From Welwitschia mirabilis (Eukaryota): DNA of 55,425 nt. Within the stretch, counting starts at the first letter, position 1; each line of letters opens with the position of its first letter. The notes under the pieces are model-generated. The model saw nothing but the letters and a program-made list of their open reading frames with translations. It made no database searches and was not told the DNA's origin. The stretch spans positions 5,025,464-5,080,888 of the forward strand of contig JBOZIK010000001.1 of assembly GCA_051453625.1 (NCBI GenBank), given 5' to 3'. This document shows, piece by piece, positions 37,523-49,578 of this stretch. A program made the position numbers and the translations under genes.

Positions 37523-39625
37523 TGTTGTGATGCTAATTTGTAGGAATTTGATGGTGTATTTGGAGCACATTTATAAGAAATTTATATAGGTTTGGATGTA
37601 ATTCTACTGATTATGGAAAGGCAATAGGATGATCATGAAAACATGTAATTATTAACATAATTGAAAGTATTTAAGGCATGTTCTGACACTTAGTATATTG
37701 AAGGAAGATCAATGATGAAAAAGGCTGATTTACTCCACTTGAGGAGCTTAAAAGAGGTATCGTCCTCGTTGTTGTCCCCACAATAGAAGGAACAATAGAA
37801 ATGCTACTCAATACAATAGTAGCATATGAAGCACATGATAATAAGGTGTTATCCCTTTAGTCATCCAAACAACATACAGGATGATGACATTGATAACATG
37901 TGAAGACAACCCATGGCGCTAATGGCATCACATGCACACCCAACCCAAAGGGTTTAGGTAGCGTCATCCCCATGGTTGTCTCCATGATAGGTGGGACAAA
38001 ATTTACTTTTGCATGCTTAGAAATAAACATTATTATAAATGAAGTTAAGCAATCTATGTGGCCTGCTAGGATATTCTTCACTAATATCTAGGGTTATGGT
38101 TCATTGTAAAACTATAAATACCCTTTCCTCCTTTACTTCAAAAGCATATTTTATACTTGATACGCTTGTGATGGAAGCTTTAAAGTAAGAGGTCCATCTA
38201 GTAGCTATAAAAAGGGATTTCCTTGGTGTTAGGCTATGTTTTTTCCATTGAGGTGTTATTATTCTATTGTAAGTTGATGTAAAGTTATTTCAATTAATAC
38301 AAATACTCTATTCATTCCAATTCTATGAATGTCCCTTATGGTTTNNNNNNNNNNNNNNNNNNNNNNNNNNNNNNNNNNNNNNNNNNNNNNNNNNNNNNNN
38401 NNNNNNNNNNNNNNNNNNNNNNNNNNNNNNNNNNNNNNNNNNNNNNNNNNNNNNNNNNNNNNNNNNNNNNNNNNNNNNNNNNNNNNNNNNNNNNNNNNNN
38501 NNNNNNNNNNNNNNNNNNNNNNNNNNNNNNNNNNNNNNNNNNNNNNNNNNNNNNNNNNNNNNNNNNNNNNNNNNNNNNNNNNNNNNNNNNNNNNNNNNNN
38601 NNNNNNNNNNNNNNNNNNNNNNNNNNNNNNNNNNNNNNNNNNNNNNNNNNNNNNNNNNNNNNNNNNNNNNNNNNNNNNNNNNNNNNNNNNNNNNNNNNNN
38701 NNNNNNNNNNNNNNNNNNNNNNNNNNNNNNNNNNNNNNNNNNNNNNNNNNNNNNNNNNNNNNNNNNNNNNNNNNNNNNNNNNNNNNNNNNNNNNNNNNNN
38801 NNNNNNNNNNNNNNNNNNNNNNNNNNNNNNNNNNNNNNNNNNNNNNNNNNNNNNNNNNNNNNNNNNNNNNNNNNNNNNNNNNNNNNNNNNNNNNNNNNNN
38901 NNNNNNNNNNNNNNNNNNNNNNNNNNNNNNNNNNNNNNNNNNNNNNNNNNNNNNNNNNNNNNNNNNNNNNNNNNNNNNNNNNNNNNNNNNNNNNNNNNNN
39001 NNNNNNNNNNNNNNNNNNNNNNNNNNNNNNNNNNNNNNNNNNNNNNNNNNNNNNNNNNNNNNNNNNNNNNNNNNNNNNNNNNNNNNNNNNNNNNNNNNNN
39101 NNNNNNNNNNNNNNNNNNNNNNNNNNNNNNNNNNNNNNNNNNNNNNNNNNNNNNNNNNNNNNNNNNNNNNNNNNNNNNNNNNNNNNNNNNNNNNNNNNNN
39201 NNNNNNNNNNNNNNNNNNNNNNNNNNNNNNNNNNNNNNNNNNNNNNNNNNNNNNNNNNNNNNNNNNNNNNNNNNNNNNNNNNNNNNNNNNNNNNNNNNNN
39301 NNNNNNNNNNNNNNNNNNNNNNNNNNNNNNNNNNAGAAGGATTATGAACTAAGTGAATTCGATTCATTTCCACTTCCATGCACGTGTATTTCATCTCCAT
39401 TTACTTGCATTGTATTTACTTTATTATTTACTTTTAGTCAACAAAAGATAAAAGACCAAAGAATACCTTTGAAAATCATTTATCTAACTCTAAGCCTAGT
39501 CCCTTCATTAGCATTACAACATTCAAGTAAACTCCCGTTTATATTAGCATGTGTTTTTTTATAAGTTACATGATTTACAGGTTTGTCTAAAGGACTTCAG
39601 GATTACATAAATTCACATTACAACA
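37523..39625 (+). repeat. 5' LTR of element D (length inflated by a ~990-N gap)
   Basis: Starts TGTTGTGATGCTAATTTGTAGG and ends CATAAATTCACATTACAACA; colinear with 43757-45100. Confidence 0.9.
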
Positions 39626-39628
39626 TTT

Positions 39629-39646
39629 TAACGCCATTGTTGGGGA
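39629..39646 (+). promoter_or_regulatory. tRNA-Asp PBS of element D
   Basis: TAACGCCATTGTTGGGGA versus TGGCGCCGTTGCCGGGGA: five transitions. Confidence 0.85.
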
Positions 39647-40599
39647 AGACTGCAAGGAGCTAAGAGGATTGTTACTAACTAAATAAGTACCTTGAATCTT
39701 CTNNNNNNNNNNNNNNNNNNNNNNNNNNNNNNNNNNNNNNNNNNNNNNNNNNNNNNNNNNNNNNNNNNNNNNNNNNNNNNNNNNNNNNNNNNNNNNNNNN
39801 NNNNNNNNNNNNNNNNNNNNNNNNNNNNNNNNNNNNNNNNNNNNNNNNNNNNNNNNNNNNNNNNNNNNNNNNNNNNNNNNNNNNNNNNNNNNNNNNNNNN
39901 NNNNNNNNNNNNNNNNNNNNNNNNNNNNNNNNNNNNNNNNNNNNNNNNNNNNNNNNNNNNNNNNNNNNNNNNNNNNNNNNNNNNNNNNNNNNNNNNNNNN
40001 NNNNNNNNNNNNNNNNNNNNNNNNNNNNNNNNNNNNNNNNNNNNNNNNNNNNNNNNNNNNNNNNNNNNNNNNNNNNNNNNNNNNNNNNNNNNNNNNNNNN
40101 NNNNNNNNNNNNNNNNNNNNNNNNNNNNNNNNNNNNNNNNNNNNNNNNNNNNNNNNNNNNNNNNNNNNNNNNNNNNNNNNNNNNNNNNNNNNNNNNNNNN
40201 NNNNNNNNNNNNNNNNNNNNNNNNNNNNNNNNNNNNNNNNNNNNNNNNNNNNNNNNNNNNNNNNNNNNNNNNNNNNNNNNNNNNNNNNNNNNNNNNNNNN
40301 NNNNNNNNNNNNNNNNNNNNNNNNNNNNNNNNNNNNNNNNNNNNNNNNNNNNNNNNNNNNNNNNNNNNNNNNNNNNNNNNNNNNNNNNNNNNNNNNNNNN
40401 NNNNNNNNNNNNNNNNNNNNNNNNNNNNNNNNNNNNNNNNNNNNNNNNNNNNNNNNNNNNNNNNNNNNNNNNNNNNNNNNNNNNNNNNNNNNNNNNNNNN
40501 NNNNNNNNNNNNNNNNNNNNNNNNNNNNNNNNNNNNNNNNNNAATTGGGCCCCTTCTTCTTTTCAACATTCTTATTCTTTTCCCTCTTCTTTTCAATCC

Positions 40600-40980
40600 T
40601 CATATAAACATGATGATGAAGATTCTCCATATTTTGAGGATTCCACCTTATTTAGACAAACTTCTTACAATCTTTTTTATCAATTTCAGTCATCTTCCAT
40701 GCATTACTACCAAGAAGAACCATCTTCCATCAACTACTACATGGAAAAAAAATATTCATTAATGGAAATGATTGGTGAAATGATAAAGAACCAAGAAAAT
40801 ACCAATAAGAGCTTGGAAAAATTAGTTAAAAACTTGCAACAATTACTTTTACATATTAAAGGATCTTTTACAACACAACATTCTCACAACTATTCTACTT
40901 CATCTTACCTTGAGGAAAATGAAGAAAACATAGATGATGATGATTCTTGCTTTCAAATTGAAGATGAAATTATGAATTAA
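40600..40980 (+). pseudogene. Gag-C-terminal-like coiled-coil ORF remnant in element D
   Basis: ORF 40699-40980 SLMEMIGEMIKNQENTNKSLEKLVKNLQQL followed by an acidic tract; similar to SLEEILTRFMEAQMQTN*RLE*NIQ*L in element C (~21988). Confidence 0.5.
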
Positions 40981-43756
40981 ACTTCAACATCCTACTCTTT
41001 AGGAGATAAGAAAAAGGGAGAAAATAATACCACAACTCAATATTTATAAATATGACCATTCATTAGATGATAATATTGCGATATTATATTATATTTCTAC
41101 CATTCATTTACTGTTAGANNNNNNNNNNNNNNNNNNNNNNNNNNNNNNNNNNNNNNNNNNNNNNNNNNNNNNNNNNNNNNNNNNNNNNNNNNNNNNNNNN
41201 NNNNNNNNNNNNNNNNNNNNNNNNNNNNNNNNNNNNNNNNNNNNNNNNNNNNNNNNNNNNNNNNNNNNNNNNNNNNNNNNNNNNNNNNNNNNNNNNNNNN
41301 NNNNNNNNNNNNNNNNNNNNNNNNNNNNNNNNNNNNNNNNNNNNNNNNNNNNNNNNNNNNNNNNNNNNNNNNNNNNNNNNNNNNNNNNNNNNNNNNNNNN
41401 NNNNNNNNNNNNNNNNNNNNNNNNNNNNNNNNNNNNNNNNNNNNNNNNNNNNNNNNNNNNNNNNNNNNNNNNNNNNNNNNNNNNNNNNNNNNNNNNNNNN
41501 NNNNNNNNNNNNNNNNNNNNNNNNNNNNNNNNNNNNNNNNNNNNNNNNNNNNNNNNNNNNNNNNNNNNNNNNNNNNNNNNNNNNNNNNNNNNNNNNNNNN
41601 NNNNNNNNNNNNNNNNNNNNNNNNNNNNNNNNNNNNNNNNNNNNNNNNNNNNNNNNNNNNNNNNNNNNNNNNNNNNNNNNNNNNNNNNNNNNNNNNNNNN
41701 NNNNNNNNNNNNNNNNNNNNNNNNNNNNNNNNNNNNNNNNNNNNNNNNNNNNNNNNNNNNNNNNNNNNNNNNNNNNNNNNNNNNNNNNNNNNNNNNNNNN
41801 NNNNNNNNNNNNNNNNNNNNNNNNNNNNNNNNNNNNNNNNNNNNNNNNNNNNNNNNNNNNNNNNNNNNNNNNNNNNNNNNNNNNNNNNNNNNNNNNNNNN
41901 NNNNNNNNNNNNNNNNNNNNNNNNNNNNNNNNNNNNNNNNNNNNNNNNNNNNNNNNNNNNNNNNNNNNNNNNNNNNNNNNNNNNNNNNNNNNNNNNNNNN
42001 NNNNNNNNNNNNNNNNNNNNNNNNNNNNNNNNNNNNNNNNNNNNNNNNNNNNNNNNNNNNNNNNNNNNNNNNNNNNNNNNNNNNNNNNNNNNNNNNNNNN
42101 NNNNNNNNNNNNNNTTGAACTGCTCAATGATTAGGTTCTTATCTTTTAAAAAAAGTATATTTTAAATGGCTTTGTTAAACTTTCAATTTAAACACTTGGA
42201 AAATTCAGAAGTTAATGGATAAAAGATTAAAGATCATTGAAATATCTATTGATTAAACTTGAAAATGATAGAATCACTTGTGTTAGAATTCTTCCCTTAC
42301 CATTATCTAAATTCTTCTTTAGCTGAATCGTTTGGTAAATGTTATGTTATCACTTGAACATCTTTAATTTTACTAATTTTTTNNNNNNNNNNNNNNNNNN
42401 NNNNNNNNNNNNNNNNNNNNNNNNNNNNNNNNNNNNNNNNNNNNNNNNNNNNNNNNNNNNNNNNNNNNNNNNNNNNNNNNNNGGACTTTGCTAGGGATAA
42501 ATTTTGGATAGGTAAGAAATCTTCTTCATGTTCCTAGTTGTTCATTTCCATTATGTTTTCTCTTAGTGATTTTATTAGGATTTTTGAAATTTATTATGAT
42601 ATCTTTTTCCACCTTATAATTAGGACCTAATCATTTGGTAGCTCTCTAGTTGTCTTTTATTTTCACTTATAGGTTTTTTTATAAGGGTTATTTTTCTTTT
42701 CTGCACTATCAATTGATGCATTTACTTCACCTGGATTGATGTGATCTTTTTGTTTTATGCTAATCATTTCTTTGTGTGTTTTTTTTTTGGTTTTGCATGC
42801 ATTCACTTGCAAATTTTAAACACTCATAGATTCTAGGACATATTGGAGGACTACTTTGAAAGCACTGCTTTCTTTTATTACCTACATTCTTATGTCTCAT
42901 GAGCTTATTTTACCATGATCATGCATTTTTGGATATTTCTTTAATTTTACCCTTTTTTTATTTTTCTATTGATTTTTCACTCATTTCTTGCAGATAGATC
43001 TTTGTGGAGATCTTATAATTTGTCTAAATAACTTATTTTAATTGTTGTCATATTTTGTCTATCATTCCCATGACAAAGAGGATGATAATCATCCTTTTCA
43101 CTTGGTGCAATCTAGGATGTCTTACTTTTCTGCAAGAAGGGAGGGGGACAGGATAGCTCTCCGAGCTTTCATCTAAAATATTAAGCAAAAATATATCATT
43201 TTTAAATATTAAAGGATCATTTTGAGCTTTGATGATACATATTTATGATAAGTTATGTGTATATGATTTCATGTTACTTAAATACATTTCATGAAAATCA
43301 TTTAATAGTAGCATTCATTGATTNNNNNNNNNNCTATATTCTAGATCATTTAAAGGGAAAAAGAATGTCATGATTACTCTTGAACTTTAACCTTGTAGAA
43401 AACATTAATGAACTTTTCATGCATTATTATTTAAGATTATTTTTACTTAGGCTTACACATTAGTTTCAACATTACTTTTCTATTTATAAAAATACATTTT
43501 CATTTTTCTAAACTATTACTGTTACATTCTATGACTTGTTTATGTGTATGACATTTATTTAATCTATTGTGATGTGTTTAAGTAGGGGGATTATGACTAT
43601 AATAATAATTGTATCAATTAATTTTTTCATCTATTTTTGCATGATAAATAGAACTTAAATTCCATTTCTTTAGTTAATGATTATCTTAGTCAAATTGACT
43701 CGTAATATAGTTGATCACCTACTTGGTTAGGACTAACAAGGCTAAGTAAGGGGAGA

Positions 43757-45100
43757 TGTAGCAACGCTAATTTGTAGAAATTTGATGGTGTCTTTGGAGC
43801 ACTTTTGTAGGATATTTATATAGGTTTGGATGTAATTATGCTAATTATGAAAAGGCAATAGGATGATGATGGAAACACATAATTCTTGACATAATTAGAG
43901 GAATTTAAGGTACGTTCTAATACTTAGCATATTAAAGGAAGATTAATGATAAAGAAGGTTGATTCACTCCATTTGAGAAGCTTAGGAGAGGTGTCATCCC
44001 TGCTGTCATCCCCATGATAGAGGGGACGATAGAACCACTACCCAATACAGTAGTAGCACATGGAGCAGATGCTAATAGGGCATTGTCCATTCAGTCATCT
44101 GAATGATGTATAGAATGATGGTGTTAGTAACATGCACAAATAACCCATGAGGCTGATGGCATCACATAGGCATACAACTCAAGGGATTAAAGTGATGTCG
44201 TCCCCATGGTCATCTCCATAATAGGTTTGATAACATTTACTTTTACATGCTTAGAAATAAATATTATTATAAATGGGGTTAAGAAACCCATGTATCTTTC
44301 TTGGATTTTCTTCATTAATGTCTAGGGTTATGGTTCATTGTAAAACTATAAATACCCTTCTCGCCTTCACTTTCAAAGAACATTTTATACTTGACATGCT
44401 TATGATGGAAGATTAAAGGTAAGAGGTCCATCTTGTAACTATACAAAGAGGTTTTCTTAGTGTTAGGATATGTCTCTTCCATTAAGGTGCTATTATTCTA
44501 TTGTAAGTGGATGCAAAGTTCTTTTCATTAATACAAATACTCTTTTCATTCCAATTCTATGAATGTCCCTTATTATTTAATTTGGTTATAGTAAGTGATA
44601 GTTTTATGATTTATTTAGATTATGAGAGCAATCTTTGTTAAAGTAGTAGGTTTGCATTGCATTTCCATTTCATTCCATACTACATATCACATATTCTAAT
44701 TAGTAGATCTCATAGTTTATATTAATTAAGAATTAGTAGATACTCTTCCTAATTGATATAAATTATAGGAAGAATAGTCTTTGTGATAGAAAGNNNNNNN
44801 NNNNNNNNNNNNNNNNNNNNNNNNNNNNNNNNNNNNNNNNNNNNNNNNNNNNNNNNNNNNNNNNNNNNNNNNNNNNNNNNNNNNNNNNNNNNNNNNNNNN
44901 NNNNNNNNNNNNNNNNNNNNNNNNNNNNNNNACCAAAAACTACCTTTGAAAATCAATTCTCTAACTCTGAGCCTAGTGCCTTCATTGGGATTATGACATT
45001 TGGGTGAATTACATCTATACTAGCGTGTGTTTTCTGTAAGTTACATGATTTACAGGTTTACTTAAAGGACTTTAGAATTGCATAAATTCACATCACAACA
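43757..45100 (+). repeat. 3' LTR of element D
   Basis: Starts TGTAGCAACGCTAATTTGTAG directly after the PPT; TATAAATACCC at ~44347; ends CATAAATTCACATCACAACA. Confidence 0.9.
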
Positions 45101-45779
45101 TATATAAATATTATATTAATATATTAGCCATAGCCATATGAATACTATGTTAGAGTCATATTTATATAGATTTGTTGATTCTATCATCATCTTAAGCAAA
45201 CTATACTAATGGATTTAAAAATCTTGGTTTGAGATATTATTTTAATTAGATTAGCTTAATCTAAACTCTATGACATTATTAGTATTTTCTGTAAATATAA
45301 TTAACCCTTTTTAAGTAATGTAAATTGAGCTAGTGAGCCTTTTATAATCCCTTCATACTATTGAAACAACATATTACACCAAAAGAATAGAAATTAGGTG
45401 TACTTATCTTGGGATAACACTTAATTGCTTAAGTCTTACACAACTTATCTACTTTTAAAATTCAGATAATCATATTAAACTATTGTGGTTAGATGGCTAA
45501 TGCTATGCTAACTATCTTATTCTACATTATGTACCTAATAAGGTCATAGTACTAATATAATCCTAGATAACTTTCAAGTGAATATTTTTTTAAGGTAAAC
45601 ATTACATTTTTCTATTAAAGAACAAGGTTAAAAAATTAAATTTGTAAGATGAATTTTATCCTGCTATTTACCTTGATTATCCATACTAAAATTTAGCAGG
45701 ATTGATAGATGACCCTAAAAAGAGTAGTACCACCACTCTTAGATGTGAGATCCTTAGGAACTGCTATGAACCACTTAGT

Positions 45780-48700
45780 AGATGGACCCCAGGCAGGAAG
45801 AAATGATGAGAATGCAACTCAAAAATTAATGAAGTAGTTGAGGCAAATGAATCCTTTAACTTTTGAAGGATCTAATAATATGATTAAAGTAAACGATTGG
45901 CTGAATACTATAAATAGGAAATTAGGTCTATTCAATTTTACATCAGAAAAAAAGGCCATTTTAGCTATACATTAATTCAAAAAAAATTATCTTTAAGGAG
46001 GGGCATGAAAAAAGTGTAACCTATGTTTCTCGATCATTTACCTTGGAAGGATTTCAAAGCATGATTTTAAGCTAAGTATATATTAGAATATTATAAAAAT
46101 ATCAAGGTAGAGGAATTCTATAACCATAGGTAGGGATCGATGATGGTAGCTTAGTATGAAAATATGTTTATGCAGTTACTATGATATGTACCAAAGGTAG
46201 CTATCCTTGAGGCAGTAAAAATATGAAGACTAGTAACTGGTCTTCATTTGAAATTAAGAGGTAGATTAAGTTATTTTAATTAAACTATTCACAAAGGCCT
46301 TGCAGAAGGCTAAACTTGCTAAAGAATCATGAAGCAGTAGAAAAACTTTTAGGAACAAATAAGGAAACCCAAGGGGAACTCAAGCCAGGAAAAGGACCTT
46401 TCTTAGAAGCACAGGATTACTAGAGGTAGGAGTCAACTAGGGGTTACTAAAGTAAATACAATGTAGGCTAGATAACCCCAAGGAAGAGGAAAGATACCCA
46501 TGATATCACTAAAAGCTATATCTACTACAGGAACTAAGGCTAAGATCCTAAAACTACTATATGTTATAATTATGAAGGACCCCACATGATTAGAAATAAT
46601 CCTCTAAGGAGAAGAGAGAATAATGACTAGGAATATTAAGACATTATATGCATTCATATGAAAGGAGGACTCTCAATCATCGATGATCTTAGAAACCATA
46701 AATACCTTACTAAATGTTCTCATAAGAATTTTATTATATCTAGAAGTAACAAAGTTTTTAATCTTCCTTTTTATATCTCAAAATCTATTTACAAAGGTAC
46801 ATGATAAAAATAAAATAATTGTGGAACTCCTAGATGATAGTGCTATTAGAGCTCTTAGCAAAGCCCTTATATTTAATGTTATTATTAGAGATCACATTTT
46901 TCAGGTCCAATTTTTAATTTTGGAATTAGGATACTTTGATGTTATCTTAGGCATGAATTTACTATAGTAAAATAGAGCTCAAATAGATTACTTTTCTAAG
47001 CAAGTCATTACGTTAAGAACAAGTGATAAAAAAAGTCTGATTACCTCTTATGTTTAGACCTGTTACTAAAAGATTGATAAGTAAGAAATAGATGATGAAG
47101 GAAGTAAAAAAAAAAAATATTTGAAATAGTTAGATTCATATGTTTTTTCCAAACTTAGTCAAAGGTTTTATATGTACCAATTGTGAAGAAGTATGCATAT
47201 TTATTTCTAGAAGATTTACTAGGTTGTTTTTTGAGTAGAAATGAAGATTTTAAAATATCTCTTAAGCTAANNNNNNNNNNNNNNNNNNNNNNNNNNNNNN
47301 NNNNNNNNNNNNNNNNNNNNNNNNNNNNNNNNNNNNNNNNNNNNNNNNNNNNNNNNNNNNNNNNNNNNNNAGCCCTTATATTTGATGTTATTATTAGAGA
47401 TCATATTTTTTAGGTCCAATTTTTAATTTTGGAATTAGGATACTTTGATTTTATCTTAGGCATGAATTTACTATAGTAAAATAGAGCTCAAATGGATTAC
47501 TTTTCTAAGCAAGTCATCGTGTTAAGAACAAGTGATAAAAAAGTCTGATTACCTCTTATGTCTAGACCTGCTACTAAAATATTGATAAGTAAGAAATAGA
47601 TGATGAAGGAAGTAAAAAAAAAAAAAAATCTTTAAAATAGTTAGATTCTTATGTTTTCTCCAAACTTAGTCAAAGGTTTTATATGTACCACTTGTGAAGA
47701 AGTGTGCATATTTATTTCTAGAAGAATTCCTAGGTTGTTTTTTGAGTAGAAATGAAGATTTTAAAATATCTCTTAAGCTAAGTGCTAAACCAATTTCAAG
47801 ATCATCCCACATAATGTTTTCTATTGAGTTGGTGGAGTTGAAGACTCGCTTAACTACACTGCTANNNNNNNNNNNNNNNNNNNNNNNNNNNNNNNNNNNN
47901 NNNNNNNNNNNNNNNNNNNNNNNNNNNNNNNNNNNNNNNNNNNNNNNNNNNNNNNNNNNNNNNNCACATAATTTCTTCTATTGAGTTGGTAGAGTTGAAG
48001 ACTCACTTAACTACACTACTAGATTAGGAATTGATTAGGCCAAGCATATCATCATGGAATGCACTAGTTCTTTTTACAAAAAAAAAAAAATGGATGGAAG
48101 TTCATGACTTTGTATGAACTATAAAATGCTGAATAAGGTTACTAATGAATTATTTATTATTTGCCCAGGATAGAGGATATATTTTCTCAACTTAAGTATG
48201 TAAAGACCTTCTCTAAGATTAACCTTAAGTCTAAATACCATCCACTTAGAATCAAGGATAAAGATGTTTTCGAAATAGCATTTTGCACTAGGTATGGATA
48301 CTATAAGTTTAGAGTAGTTCCATTTGACCTTACTAATGCACCTACAACATTCATAGTAGTAATTAATGGTATGTTTTGAGACTACTTGGATGATTTTGTT
48401 GTGGTTTTCATTGACAATGTTTTAGTATACTATCCCAATAAAGAGGCATATAGGAAGCATTTGTGGAGGGTGCTAGATACCTTACAAAAAAATTAATTTT
48501 ATGCTAATCCTAATAAGTATGAATTTTGCTATATAAGGTTAAATTTTTGGTCCATGTGATTTTAGAAGAAGGAGTTAGTATGGATGAATATAAGGTCCAA
48601 GCTTTTATGAATTGGTCTAAGCCTAAATCAGTATTAGAAGTAAGAAGTTTTCTTGGTCTTGCTGGATACTATAGAAGATTTATTAAAAACTTTTCTAAGA

Positions 48701-49478
48701 TAGCTTCTTCTTTAAATTTTATGCTAAGAAAGAATAAATAGTTTGAATGAACTAAATAACATGATGAAGATTTTTAAGCAATAAAGATAATTCTTGTCTC
48801 AGCACTAGTTTTAAGGACGTGAGAACTAGGGAGCGCCTTACACAATTTATACGGATGCCTCAGGTGAAGGCTTAGGAGAAGTCTTAGTGTAAGATGGTAA
48901 GGTGATAGCTTATGCATCTAAGTAATTAAAGAATCACAATAATAATTATCTTATTCATGACTTAGACTTAGCAATGGTTATTCATGCATTAAAAATTTGG
49001 AGGCATTATCTCTATGGTGAACAAATAGAAATTTGGACAGATCATAAGAGTTTAAAGTACATTCATACACAATAAAATATAAATCTTAGGTAAAGATATT
49101 GGGTAAAATTTTTACAAGATTATAACCTAATGGTAAACCATCATGCAAAAATGGCAAATTAGTGGCTAACGCTTTAAGCAAAAGAAGACATACACTCTAT
49201 AATATAAAGGTGAATAGTGATTATAATGGATGATACAAGAAGTGCAATAAAACTACCCCTTATGTAGAAGAGTTAGAGAAACTAGTCTAGAAGGATTTAC
49301 CTTCTTAAGAGATAAATTAGTGTAATATTTAGAAAAGATTATGATTTCTAATATGGGAAGGATTAAACATCTAATTTTTAAAGAGTTTCATGTAACTAAA
49401 TATGCTATCCATCTAAGAGTTAATATAATTTATAAGGGTACTAAGCAGTTTTATTGGTGGCTAAGAATGAAATCATAG
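45780..49478 (+). pseudogene. gag-pol: Element E: decayed chromovirus/Tekay-like Ty3/gypsy gag-pol, ending at a gap in the integrase N-terminus
   Basis: gag MNPLTFEGS...VNDWL, WKDFK, *GSMMVA*YE; knuckle CYNYEGPHMIRNNP; protease FDVILGMNLL; RT PRIEDIFSQL, FCTRYGYYKFRVVPFDLTNAP, VVFIDNVLVY, VRSFLGLAGYYRRFI; RNase [33 protein letters not shown]; integrase EFHVTKYAIH...FYWWLRMK. Confidence 0.92.
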
Positions 49479-49578
49479 NNNNNNNNNNNNNNNNNNNNNN
49501 NNNNNNNNNNNNNNNNNNNNNNNNNNNNNNNNNNNNNNNNNNNNNNNNNNNNNNNNNNNNNNNNNNNNNNNNNNNNNN

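Larger units (their letters stand above)
37523..45100 (+). mobile_element. Element D: structurally complete, apparently non-autonomous Athila-derived LTR element
   Basis: 5' LTR 37523-39625 and 3' LTR 43757-45100 (TG...CAACA); PBS 39629-39646; PPT AAGGGGAGA 43748-43756; TSD CATAT / TATAT (one C>T change). Internal region is only ~4.1 kb, about half N. Confidence 0.88.

Noticed and set aside
37857..38091. Overlapping short ORFs on both strands (37857-38081 minus, 37900-38091 plus)
   Set aside because: They lie within LTR U3 of element D, have no recognisable motif and are the length expected by chance in a locally GC-richer patch.
45595..45630. Possible LTR end and tRNA-Met PBS for element E (CATTACA TTTTTCTATTAAAG)
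   Set aside because: Matching TGGTATCAGAG needs transversions as well as transitions; too weak to call without the second LTR.
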